From Selaginella moellendorffii (lineage: Eukaryota > Plantae > Lycopodiophyta), in the NCBI RefSeq assembly GCF_000143415.4, contig NW_003314271.1:372001-436000 (forward strand): a stretch of 64,000 nt of DNA. Reading direction: 5' to 3'. How positions within the stretch are numbered: position 1 is the first letter of the stretch; each line of letters begins with the position of its first letter. The notes beneath the pieces are model-generated. The model saw only the letters and a list, made by a program, of their open reading frames with translations, searched no databases and was not told where the DNA came from. The position numbers and the translations under genes were made by a program. Shown in pieces: positions 39,101 to 50,119 of the stretch.

Positions 39101-39830
39101 AGAAGAACGGGCACGGGGGCAGGACACCACTGGCACACGTGTCGCTGTGCCTTCTTCTCCCGCCCCACGCGGCTTGGCCGCCTCCCATTGGTCCCTGAAT
39201 TCCCTCGCTCTCGCCTTTCGAGCTTTGTCGCTAAAGATCCTCGCAATGGCCTCAGCAATCTCCTCCCGCTTCACAAACACGTCGGAGCTCCTCCCGTCCG
39301 AAACTTCCACCCCGATGCGGCACCTCTCCGCCATGATCTTGCGGTTGAGCCCCTCCTCGTATATCCGAGGCCAGCAGATGATCGGCACGCCGCTGGAGAC
39401 GCTCTCCAGGACCGAGTTCCATCCGCAGTGGCTCACGAATCCAGCCACTGCCCTGTGCGCCAGAACTTCTCTCTGCGGCGCCCATGAAACCACCAGGTCT
39501 CGTCCCTTGGTCCGCTCGACGAAGTTCTTGTAGAAGTCACTGTTCTTCACCAGGACTGTCGTGTCGCCCTCGTCCACGAACTGGGGCGGCCTGACTGTGA
39601 GCAAGAACGGCACCTTGCTCGCCTCCAAACCGAGCGCGAGCTCCTCGAATTCCTCCTGCGAAAGCTTCGCTATGCTGCTGCCGAATGCGACATAGAGGAC
39701 TGAGTCTGGCTCCTGGGTGTCGAGCCAGTCGAGGCATTCAGAAGAACGGGCACGGGGGCAGGACACCACTGGCACACGTGTCGCTGTGCCTTCTTCTCCC
39801 GCCCCATGCGGCTTGGCCGCCTCCCATTGG
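39101..39830. repeat. Pair of 91-bp direct repeats (39101-39191, 39740-39830) flanking the UGT fragment
   Basis: 'agaagaacgggcacgggggcaggacaccactgg...cctcccattgg' occurs twice with one substitution. Confidence 0.9.
39192..39739 (-). pseudogene. Family-1 UDP-glycosyltransferase C-terminal fragment
   Basis: 'ECLDWLDTQEPDSVLYVAFGS' and PSPG box 'WAPQREVLAHRAVAGFVSHCGWNSVLES...WPRIYEE'. The N-terminal acceptor domain is absent. Confidence 0.9.
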
Positions 39831-42800
39831 CCGGGAGCAAACATCAGAAAAATTTCTCGCGCAACCATGGCTACCGACCCTGGCCCGGGCCTGGGATCCA
39901 ACGGCCGGCGAGCCTCCCCACTATCGCTTTATATGTATAGATATATATATATATTAATTGAGTTTGTATAGAAGTTTATGCAGAATAGAAATGCAGACTA
40001 CAGTTGGGATATATATAAATTTCACAACTATGTAATGATCTGAAAGGAAAATACTAGACTTTTGCAAAGCACACTCAAGAACAACAAAATAACTCCAATG
40101 TTGTGTTTACCAATCTCTGGCAGCTCTCCAAGATTTACAATGTATAGTCTGGACTTTGGATGGGGGAAACCAGCCGCTGTTTGACACGCTACGAAGCTGT
40201 GGAACGGCTTCTACTTCTACGACCCGTCACCGAGAGGTGGGAAAGCCATTGAAGTCACGGTGTTCCTTCCTCCTGAAACAATGGCGAAGTTCAGTGAGAA
40301 AGTCAAAACGAATTAATCCTGTGTACCACCTTACGTGTTAATATCCAGAGTCTATCGTCTCGTCTGCTTGTGTGACATGACTTGACTCCAATCAATCCGT
40401 GCGTGCTGTTTAGAATATAATATCCCCGAGCCTCTAGGAGTCCCTGTGCTGCTTTGCTTGTCACTGCGAGTTCGGGCTTGGATCTTCGACGGGGTGAAGA
40501 TGAAAATGGACAACTTTTAAGTGAAAATCACCGAGGTACATCTTCTCTCGCCTGCAAATCCCACTGAGAGGTGTCAGCTCCCCTTCACAACATTCGCTCT
40601 AATGTAAAAGAGGGACTCCATGCCATTCCTTCAAAGAGTAGCGTTCTATGAATCCACTGGTAAAGACGCAGATCTCCAACAGGGATCATACCGAACGCTG
40701 CCGCAAATGGGAGGATTTCCTCACACCAGAATGGCCGCCATTCAAGAACACGTCTGGATGGAAGCTCGACGAAATATTTCGACTTCTTGGTGATTGGGAG
40801 CGGTGTTGCTGGCCTTCGGTATACGCAACGTTGCCAGGTTGCGTCCGGTGGGGCGTCTTCTCCGACCTCATGAGCTCGGCTTGGCACAGGGCCTGGTAAG
40901 CCAGCATCTCCTGCTTCGCCTAGGCCTCGTTGATCCTACCATTACTCTCGCCCCTGTTACTTACCACGCACAGGCTCTCACGGGAATGCCCACACAACCG
41001 TGTCCGACCAGAGTAGCCATGGAGCCCTAGGAGTGCATGGCATCTTGTCACCACGCCCTCTTCCCTTCCCGGCCACGCGTGCATCCCGCCCATTGGCCGC
41101 CACAACATTGAGCCGATATTCCCGCTAACCATGGCCACCGGTCCTGGCCCGAGCCTGGGCTGGCCTCCCCTTGCCGAGAACCATGGCTTCCGAGGCTGCC
41201 CCGGGCCTGGGATCGGACGGCTGCGGGGGTGTGGGTTCTTCGTTCTTATTATTATAGATATTACTCAAAGCCAAGAAAAAAAAGGAGAAAGCTTCCATGT
41301 TTGCTTTTCTTTCTTTTCCTATTTTGTTTCAGTTTTTTTTTTTTTTCCAGCTTGAGTTGCTGCAGGAGCTGGTGTGCGAGTGATCAAATGCCAGGTTCGC
41401 TCGATTTTAAAAACTCCACTCTTCTGTTTTGATGCTTATCTCCAACTCTTGTCTCGAGTGACAAAACAGATGTTCTTGAGAGGCACCACCACGCAGATCA
41501 TGAACGCTATCCAAAGCTTTACTTGTAGATAGTTTCATACCATTTGCTTGTCGATAGTTTCCAAGTTCCACGCAAAAGATCCAGGCAAGTTTTCATTTTT
41601 GTTCGTTTTGCTCTCTTTTTCTTCTTGAATGTTTTTTTCTTTTTTTAAACGTTTTTTCATCTTGAGTTGCTGCAGGAAGGAGCCCGTCTACGAGTGGCAT
41701 CAAATGCGAGGTTCGGAAAGCCTTCTTCAAACTCTTCACTCTTATCTGATGAAGCCGGTTGGACACATGCAAAGGAAGCATGGCTTGGACACCCCCAAAT
41801 CAAGCTATCGGTTTCAACTCCCTTTCCGGATGAGAGCATTTACTTGTTTTCCATGCGGCTGTACAACGGTATGCTCGAAAGCTGGTCGGGAATTCTGGGC
41901 AATGCCAACTTATTTTTGTTGGGCTTGTGTAAAGAGACCAGGAAAATTTGCGTATCGTATCTTATGAAGGACCAGCACTCTCCCGTCTGTAAACGTTGGA
42001 GATTTGGCAATCTTAGCTCACAAGTCAAAAGAAGTGAGGAAACGAAAATGCTAGACGTTATTTCGTGGACTTTCTGCCAAAAGAATCGACATCCAGGAAC
42101 AACACAGGCTCTAATATTTCTTAATTGTGTTTTCGCAACACAACACCAGTAGCAAAGTTTTAAGCTTGGAAGATGAACTGGCGCCTCAAAGACTTCAATA
42201 CGGACGCGTCGCCCGCCACCATTGCTCCGTCACAGTTCGACTGCTGTAAAAATTTTCTTTTTCAGCTGCAGTCACTGCAAAAGCCAACAATAATGCTGAT
42301 TGTCACAATGTCAAAAAGTTGCAGTGTACGTAATGAAGCGGATAGCAAGACTTCCCATATCTCGCATATCTCTTCCATATATTTCATATCTTTTCATATC
42401 TCGAATGTTGAAAGTCACCATCAGCAACTTTGGCCAGTGTGCAGGCTAGAAGCCGAAGACATCCCACATGCTATTCAGATGCCCACCCAGCCCACAGCTG
42501 GACTTCCACACACACAACACAGCCAGCTAAGGCCAGGCTATACAGGCTTTAGAGGAACGACTTCACTTATCTGCAAAAGCAATTGCATGGCACCGGTCCC
42601 ATGACTGCTGCCGTGATTATAAAAACATCTATCTATCTATCTCGCTTTGTGGTAGAAATTCCATTTCGAGCATTTTCGTTTTATCGTTCTTAAAGTTCAA
42701 AATGATCATTACGCTACGAAAGAACGGAACCTGAATGCGACGGAACAATAAATGAAGGGAAGTGGCGTCGGTCACTCTCCCTCCAAATCTTAGATTTGTT

Positions 42801-43109
42801 TTCCGGACGAGAGCTTTACTTCTTTTCCGTGCCGCTTGTACGAGCATGGTCGCGTCACTTCGAACTTGTTTTCGTTTGGCTTGTACAGGCGTGAGCGATC
42901 AATTCTTATATCTTATGGACAGGAAAGCTCTTCTTGTCTGAAATTGTTCAAGAATTGATTGAAGAATTGGTGATCCTAGCTCACAAGCGAGGAAACGGCT
43001 GTTATCTTGCAGAAATGAATCAAGACTCAAGAACACCACAGGTTCTAATATTTCTGAATTGTGTTTGCGCTCTTCTTTCACTCTTCCTCTCATAAAGTAT
43101 GGGATTGAC

Positions 43110-43260
43110 CAAAATACACGAATATTTTGAATATATTCAACGTAACCTTCAAATATTTTTTATCTGGAAAGAATACCTTGGCACTTGACGGAAACGAATA
43201 TTTTGAATATAACCTTCAAGAATACCTTGGCACGTGATGGAACAATAAACTAAGTCCAGA
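43110..43260 (+). promoter_or_regulatory. Internally repeated GGPPS-like promoter with G-box CACGTG (43231)
   Basis: Repeated 'gaatattttgaatat...ccttcaa...aataccttggcac' units. Copy 2 has two G-boxes (52557, 52634). Confidence 0.4.
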
Positions 43261-43314
43261 CTTGTGTTGGCACGAAAGGTCACAGCATCAAAGCTAAGCA
43301 GGAAAGTTTCAAGC

Positions 43315-44304
43315 ATGAACCAGCAGATCAATGGCCTCGTCCTCCCTCCGAGAATCCACTACCGCCGCGTCGCCGCCAGCGCCGCCCCCGGCACCACCAC
43401 CACCACCAAGTCCAGCAAGTTCGACTACGATCTCTATGTCAAGACCAAGCGCGAGGCCGTGTCCATCTCCCTCCACCGCGCTTTCCCCCCGCCGCTCAAG
43501 CAGCCCGAGACGCTCAAGATGCACGACGCAATGCGCTACGCGGTGGGCGGCGGGCGGCGGACGTGCCCCATCGCTTGCATCGCAGCGTGCGAGCTGGTGG
43601 GCGGCACCCAGGACGACGCCATGCCGGGAGCCTGCGCGCTTGAGATGATCAAGGCCAGCTTCTGCGTCCAGGACGATCTCCCGTCCATTGACGACTCGGA
43701 GCTCCGCCACGGCAAGCCCACCGTCCACCGCGCGTTTGGCATACCCACGGCGCTCTTCGCGGGAACCGCGCTGCTCGCGCTCGGCTTCGAGCACCTGGCG
43801 GCGCGCTACAGCGGCGATACGGCGGCGAGGATGGTGGCGGAGGTGGGCCGGGCTATCGGGTCAACGGGTCTGCTGGCCGGTCAAGCCGTGGACCTGGGCA
43901 TCGAGAACCCGGACCGCGGGGTAGAGCTGGAGACGCTCGAGTTCGTCCACCTCCACAAGACGTCGGCGCTGCTCGAGGCGTCGTTGGTGGCCGGGGCCAT
44001 TGCTGGTGGCGCGAGCGAGCAGGAGATTGAGGCGCTGAGAGCGTATGGACGGGTGACCGGGCTTCTCTACCAGATCGTGGATGATGTCGCGGACGCTACC
44101 AAGACAATGGAGGAGCTCGGGAAGATCCCGGGCCAGGACGCGATGGCGGGCAAGAGCACGTATTCCACCATCTTGGGAGTGGACAAGTCGAGGGAGATGG
44201 TTGGGCAGCTGTTGGTGGAGGCCAAGGAACGATTGGGTGTGTTCGAGGAGACCAAGGCACTGCCGCTGATCCACCTAGCCGATCACTTTGCTAATTGGGC
44301 TTGA
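43315..44304 (+). CDS. Intronless GGPP-synthase-like trans-prenyltransferase with atypical active site
   Basis: FARM 'DDLPSIDD', SARM 'YQIVDDVAD', 'GQAVDL', 'HLHKT', CxxxC 'CIAAC', 'GKSTY'. Short Ala/Thr/Ser-rich N-terminal extension. Confidence 0.9.
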   Translation: MNQQINGLVLPPRIHYRRVAASAAPGTTTTTKSSKFDYDLYVKTKREAVSISLHRAFPPPLKQPETLKMHDAMRYAVGGGRRTCPIACIAACELVGGTQDDAMPGACALEMIKASFCVQDDLPSIDDSELRHGKPTVHRAFGIPTALFAGTALLALGFEHLAARYSGDTAARMVAEVGRAIGSTGLLAGQAVDLGIENPDRGVELETLEFVHLHKTSALLEASLVAGAIAGGASEQEIEALRAYGRVTGLLYQIVDDVADATKTMEELGKIPGQDAMAGKSTYSTILGVDKSREMVGQLLVEAKERLGVFEETKALPLIHLADHFANWA

Positions 44305-44395
44305 GACTTTAGTTTGGTATAATGACTATTGTTGTTTCTTATTATTATTATTATTATGAGTTTAACACAACAATAATAGAATCAACTGGAAATAA

Positions 44396-46439
44396 TTATT
44401 TGAAGCTCAGAAGTTGTGTGGCTTTTTTCTGGATAGTCTCCCAAGCCTTAATAACATGCTTAACCTCAGTTAAAGTACCTCCAACGGCCATTCGCAACAA
44501 AAAATCCCCCGAGAGCACCTGTTTTTCAGGTGTTTGGGTCATTACATGGTGGCATGATGCATTTAGAAACTTACTGTATGTGTGATGAATGTTGTTTCGT
44601 TTGAATTCACTGCGTGAAGTAAATTTTCATTGAGAGCATTTACGGAACTGGCCTCAATTGCTTTGAGCCTGAAGCAAACAAGTCCAAATCTGCAAGGCAC
44701 TAAAACCTGCAATACAAACTTCTTTGCTATACTGAATTCAAATTTAAGAAGTTGAATTTCACGAACCTCGAAACGTTTGTCTTCAGTGACTTTTCTCTCG
44801 AAAAGCCTAGCTAGGCAAGTATGATGTATGATATAGTTTTTAAGTTTGGAGGAGCCATAAAGTCGCATGACAAGCCACAACTTCAGAGCTCTAGAAAGAA
44901 ACAGACCATGATATGTGCCAACAATTAAAACATAAACAAAGCAACAACCTGAATCTTTTTCCGAGTGATACTTGCCAGTCCTTGAAATCCACGACTTCCC
45001 CCGCCTCAGATGCCTGTACTAAATAAACAAAATGATAATTAATTAATTACTCCACACCTTGTTACGAAGATATTCTGACTGGACCGAAAGCGTTGAAGTC
45101 AAGGTCCTTGCATTCTTTAATATAACACAAGTAAGAAGTGGGAATAACTTAGCAACAATACCTTAACCCATAATACAGAGCAATCTAGATTTGTCAAGAG
45201 CCATTTGTGAGTTCCAACATTGAGTGAATCAGCCTTCTCGATGCCATCCAAGAAATGCCTATACTCGGGGCATATGCACGCACTGCCTCCGTATGCGGCA
45301 TCTACGTGAAACCACATTTCATATTCCTGGCAAATGGATCGATTATCAAAGCAAGCAACAAGCAAACAAAGTTGGAAATGCCAGATTACCTGAGCAATTT
45401 CACCAAGGTCTAGCAATGGATCTACAGCGGCGGAAGACGTGGTACCAAGCTGCAATAAGAGCGTTATGTAAGGATGCAGAAGACCCACGTATCACAGTAC
45501 CGTGGCACCCAGATACAGTGGTATGACATCGTCCCCGCCTTCCTCAATAGCTCCACGCAAGAGAGCAGGCGAGAGCGCGTAGTTTGTTTCCTTGGTTGTG
45601 GGCAGCACCACCAGCTTGATGCCCGCAATCTTACAGGCCTTGTGCAAGCACATGTGAGTCTGATCCGACGTGTACGCTCGGAGTCTGCGCACCACGTCTT
45701 CCTCTACAAGCCCATTTGGCGTGTGCTTCGAAATGGCTCGACTCCGGGCGGCACACAGTGTGACGAGCATTCCCTCGGTCGCTGAGCCTTGGATGACGCC
45801 CCCGCCTTTGCCTAGAGAGTAAAACAAGCAATACGTAAGGCGAGACGTGGCAGTGTGTGATAGACCTGATGATCCCGAGAGGAAGGAGTCTGGCAGCTCG
45901 AGAAGCTTTCCCAACCAGTTTACGACAATAATCTCCAGCTCCGTGGCCGCGGGTGAGGCGATCCAGCTGAAGTTGACGGTATTGAAGCCGGAGATGAGGA
46001 TCTCGGCTAGAATGCCGGCGGTGCTACTGTTTGCCGGATAGTAGCTGAAGAAGCTCGGGCTCTGCCAGTGCGTGAGGCCGGGAATGATGATGTTGCTCAC
46101 ATCTAAACAGCCACATTGCCAGATTTCATGAGAGATTCGATGATATAGACGGGAGTACCAACCAGCAAGAATGTCATCGAAGGACTCTGGATCTTGAGGT
46201 GCAAATGCGGGGATTAAATCATTCAAGTATCCTGGCTGCACACAGTAGTACAAGTGAGTAGTGACGAGGGAGGAGGAACAGGAGAGAAACGTGAAACATA
46301 CACTAACTTGGCTTCTGACCGGAAACTTCTCAATGTGGCGATAGTAGTCGGCCACAAAATCCACCATTCGGTGGGCATGCTCCCGAAACTCCTCAGAGTC
46401 CATCAACTTGAGGCCGGGTGGTGGTGCCGATTCGCCCAT
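44396..46439 (-). CDS. Divergent aromatic amino acid decarboxylase AADC2a (appears intact)
   Basis: '[20 protein letters not shown]', 'SPAATELE', 'HVDAAYGG', '[17 protein letters not shown]', 'VQSEYLRNK', '[14 protein letters not shown]'. Stop TAA at 44396-98. Confidence 0.92.
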
Positions 46440-46598
46440 CTCTGAGCTCTCGGGCTATGGCTCCTCAATCAATAATCTTCCTCCCACGTTTTCTATCTGG
46501 ATCGTATGTTTAGTAAGAGAGTTTCTTTAATCTTTGGCAAGTTTCTTTTACTACCTAGGTATATTTCTAAATTCTATCAAGTCTTGGTGAGAGTGGCA
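46440..46598. promoter_or_regulatory. 159-bp putative bidirectional promoter between AADC2 and methyltransferase A (copy at 55871-56029)
   Basis: Divergent ATGs at 46439(-) and 46599(+). Confidence 0.6.
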
Positions 46599-47807
46599 AT
46601 GGCTGTGGACAACCAGGAGCTTGAAGTGTTTTACGATGAAGGATGTGTGGTGTATGAAGCAGTGTGGGGTGAGCATATGCATTCGGGTTACTTCGATGCT
46701 GGCAACACTCGCGACTTTCGAGCGGCACAAATCCGAATGCTCGAGGAGCTCTTGGCCTGGGCAGGAGTACCGGGTAAGCATTTCAATCGCTCCGAGACAC
46801 ACCCTTTTACAATGTGTGCATCTAGACGACGAGCAAAGCCGGCCAAGGAACATTCTGGATGTGGGCTGTGGATTTGGAGGAACATCTCGGTATCTATCCA
46901 ATAAGTACTCCGCGAATGTCACAGGAATAGCATTGAGTAAGTACGAGATTGGCAGAGCTAGAGCCATTGCAAAGGCAGAGGGTGTTTGTGACAAGGTATT
47001 GCTCTACCATCGCACAAATCAAAAGCATCTTCTTGGTTCATTCAGGTGGCATTTCAAGTGGCAGATGCTTTGAGTCTGCCCTTCGAAGACAACCAGTATG
47101 ATCTGGTTTGGTGCATGGAGTGTGCCGATCATATTGCAGATAAACTCAAGGTAAAACACTCTCATAGAGTTTGAGCTTCATATGTTACTATTTCTTCGTC
47201 TGAGCAGCTAATGCAAGAGATGACGCGTGTGGCCAAGCCCGGAGGCTGGGTTGTGCTCACAGGATGGTGTCACCGAGAGTTTACCCATGGCGAAACTTCA
47301 CTCAAGAAGCATGAGCTGGTCATAGATTTAATCAAGACTGAAAACGTGAGTTAAATTATATTTTAATATATGTGATTTGTGTTTGCAGAAGATCCTGGAC
47401 AAAGTCCGTGCAGCATATCTTCTTCCACCTTGGTGCCAGACATCTGATTACAAAGTTATAGCAATCGACGCGGGTTTGCAAGTGTGTGCTGTAATCTCAA
47501 TATAATATTTAGAGTTTACTGTGATTAATGTTGCCAGGGGGTAAAAGTGGAAGACTGGACACGGCACATGCTTCCGTTTTGGGGTCTGCTCACTGCAGAG
47601 ATCTTTACCTTGAGAGGCGCATTCAAGATTTTGACATCAGGTAATACAAAACTTTCACAAGAGTCTTACCTCTCTAATGAGTAAACAGGATGGGCACATC
47701 TTCGTGCAAGTATATCCTTGGCATATCACTTCTCCTACATGGACAAAGGATTCAAGACTGGCGTTTTCAAGTATGCTGTGGTTATGGGAAAGAAAGATAA
47801 GAAGTAG
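46599..47807 (+). CDS. gamma-tocopherol-methyltransferase-like SAM methyltransferase, type A copy 1 (7 exons, no transit peptide)
   Basis: 'FYDEGCVVYEAVWGEHMHSGYF', 'ILDVGCGFGGTSRYL', 'FQVADALSLPFEDNQYDLVWCME', 'RVAKPGG..WCHR', 'LPPWC', 'EDWT..MLPFW'. Ends GKKDKK*. Confidence 0.9.
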
Positions 47808-47937
47808 TTCCAGTAGCAGGAGACTTGCCTCCTTTATTATCTGTTTTGATTCATAAAGGTCGAACAATTGACACAGCAAATCATCAATAATAATTCATTA
47901 TTTCTTACACTGGATCGCCAGCGTCTTTGTTCTTGCA

Positions 47938-48270
47938 ATGGCCAGCGAGATCGAAGAGATTTATGATGAGGGATGCGTGGTGTACGAGGCCGTGTGGGGC
48001 GAGCATATGCACTCGGGCTACTTTGAGGCGGGCAAGCCTGGGGACTTTCGAGTGGCACAAGTCCGAATGATCGAGGAGGTCCTCTCTTGGGCCGGAGTAC
48101 CAAGTAAGCTTCCCTCTCTATTCTATTACAATCTCCTAGATGATGAGCAAAGCCGGCCTCGAGACATACTGGACGTGGGCTGCGGTTTTGGGGGAACTTC
48201 TCGATATCTGTCCAAGAAGTACTCGGCAAATGTGAAAGGAATAGCACTGAGCGATTACGAGATCGCCAGC
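47938..48270 (+). pseudogene. Truncated type-C methyltransferase (exon 2 joined to 3' flank)
   Basis: Matches the 58387 gene up to 'gagatcgccag', then jumps to sequence resembling 59610 onward. Confidence 0.85.
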
Positions 48271-50064
48271 TCCATTGCTCCTGTTTTTCTTTCTATATAA
48301 AAATATCTTTGTGAAGTCCAAATTTATGAAGGTATGCAGACCTCATTGTGTTTACAATCCACTTGTGCATGGGGCATGGAGCATGGGATCAGTTAACCAA
48401 TTAGTTACTTAACGTTCATCGCCCACCTTCTCTCACTCTTGTGGTCTTATAAAATATATGACAATAATATTTGTAAGTATAGAATACCATATATTGAACA
48501 ATGCTACTCTATCGCATTATATACAATTGTTGAAATTCATTTCTAAATCTTTTAGTCGGTATCCCAAAACCGTGTAAACAATGAATGAATATACTGGGTC
48601 TTGCAGCTTCCAGCTGGAGCTGGGTTGGTATTCGTAATTTGTATGAAAGGGAATGGGGCACCATACCTAATCTGCATTCAGTGTATATTAGATTTTAACT
48701 TTGAAAATGGTGCTAGATATCTTTATTTTTATTGAAGAAAGTCTTATATTTATTTATTCATATTCAAGTTGGTTCATGAGATGCTCGTGGGACACAAGTG
48801 TATATTGTCAATTGTCATTGGGGAAGGAGGGACAGAGTGCCTGGAGGAGCAGGCCCTGTCGCCCCTGGCTCCCATGAGGTCCGGGAGGTTGTGTGCGTTG
48901 AAAACGAGCAGGGTGCTTGGCAGTCGTAGACGACGTGTCTTTACGTCTGCTTTGCATCTCGCGGGGTGACTGGTGTATGTCGTCGTCCGAGCTCGACGAG
49001 CAACAAGTGACAAGCAATCTCGGACTTTTACATAGTGAATACCATCTAACAAGGAGAAACAGCGGCAAAACTAGGGGCGATGGTAAGATACTTCATGTTT
49101 GACCGAAAGGATTAAAATACATTGGAAACAGACTTATGCAGCGTACAATATCTTTTGAGAATCTCAACCCCACTGACGAGAATCGAGCAATGGTGGCTGA
49201 AAGTACTTCACGTGCTCTTGGGCCTCTTCAAGCTGCTCCGGTTGACAAGAATGGTGGCCTTGTGTGTGTTCTACTGGAGCTCTACGCTTGAATTATCTAC
49301 ATGACTTTGTTTTCGGTGCCCGTCAAGCGTGTGCGAGAACGACTGACGCTGTGGAAGTTAGTGTTTCTGACTTAAAAACATTTTGCCAAAGATTTCTTGA
49401 CAGTGGAGCCCTTTGACAGATTGGTCACAAGCTTTATCAAATTACGATAGAGCCAACACAAATAAAAAAAGTTGTTGTCCAATCACATCCAGTAGTGCCT
49501 GCCATTCCCCATGCCTCCTGCTATGGTGGCTGTGACGGTGATGAACAGCAAACAATCCTCCTAGCCAGCGCAAGCTTGTGGTGTCTCGAGGTGCCCCGTG
49601 AAGCATGTGTGTGACCGATTAACACTCATTCACAAGGGCACGGCACCACAAGATTCAAAACAGCATTAGATAGAGAGAAAAAATTTGCTGGCCAGAGATG
49701 CAAAAGACTCATGAAAGTGGAAAACTTACTGGTGACAAGCTTGATCGACGTAAGATAGAGCCAACACAATTCCAATCGGGCAGGACGTGGAACGTGCGAT
49801 GGATTAGAGAGTGACCTCCTTGTGGTGTTGCGCCAACACAATCAAGACAATTCTCGTCCAGTGCCAATTCACATACCACACGCTTCCTGCGAGCTGTATT
49901 CTTGGTGGCTGTGATGTTGGTGAAGTGGTTACAATCCTCTTTACTAGTCCAAGCTTAAAGTTTGAAATAAAAATGCTGCATTTGTGACAAAAACAATTGT
50001 CATTACTAGCATCCATTAGAAAATATTGATTGTTGAAAATTAAGTTGGAATAAATAATTGTTGT

Positions 50065-50098
50065 GTCAGGATTCGAACCTGCGCAGGCAAGCCCACAT
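50065..50098 (-). other. tRNA-Ser-like 3' half fragment (variable arm plus T arm), not a full tRNA
   Basis: Minus strand reads 'atgtgggcttgcctgcgcaggttcgaatcctg', with B-box GTTCGAATCC and a Ser-type long variable arm. There is no D arm or anticodon. Confidence 0.55.
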
Positions 50099-50119
50099 CC
50101 CCACACTTCGGGTATTCCA

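Larger units (their letters stand above)
43035..48297. repeat. Tandem segmental duplication, copy 1 (partner 52424-57727)
   Basis: Collinear GGPPS-AADC-MT-MT order. Constant 9431-bp offset in the right half (46439/55870, 46599/56030, 47938/57369). Confidence 0.95.

Noticed and set aside
40585-42604. Several 80-160 aa ORFs
   Set aside because: No motifs or consistent splice model, so probably repeat-derived or spurious.
46599-47807. Annotating the methyltransferases as VTE4 and the GGPPS-like gene as part of a tocopherol pathway
   Set aside because: The MTs lack transit peptides, conserved residues are altered, there are multiple copies and the GGPPS site is atypical. Gene symbols were withheld.
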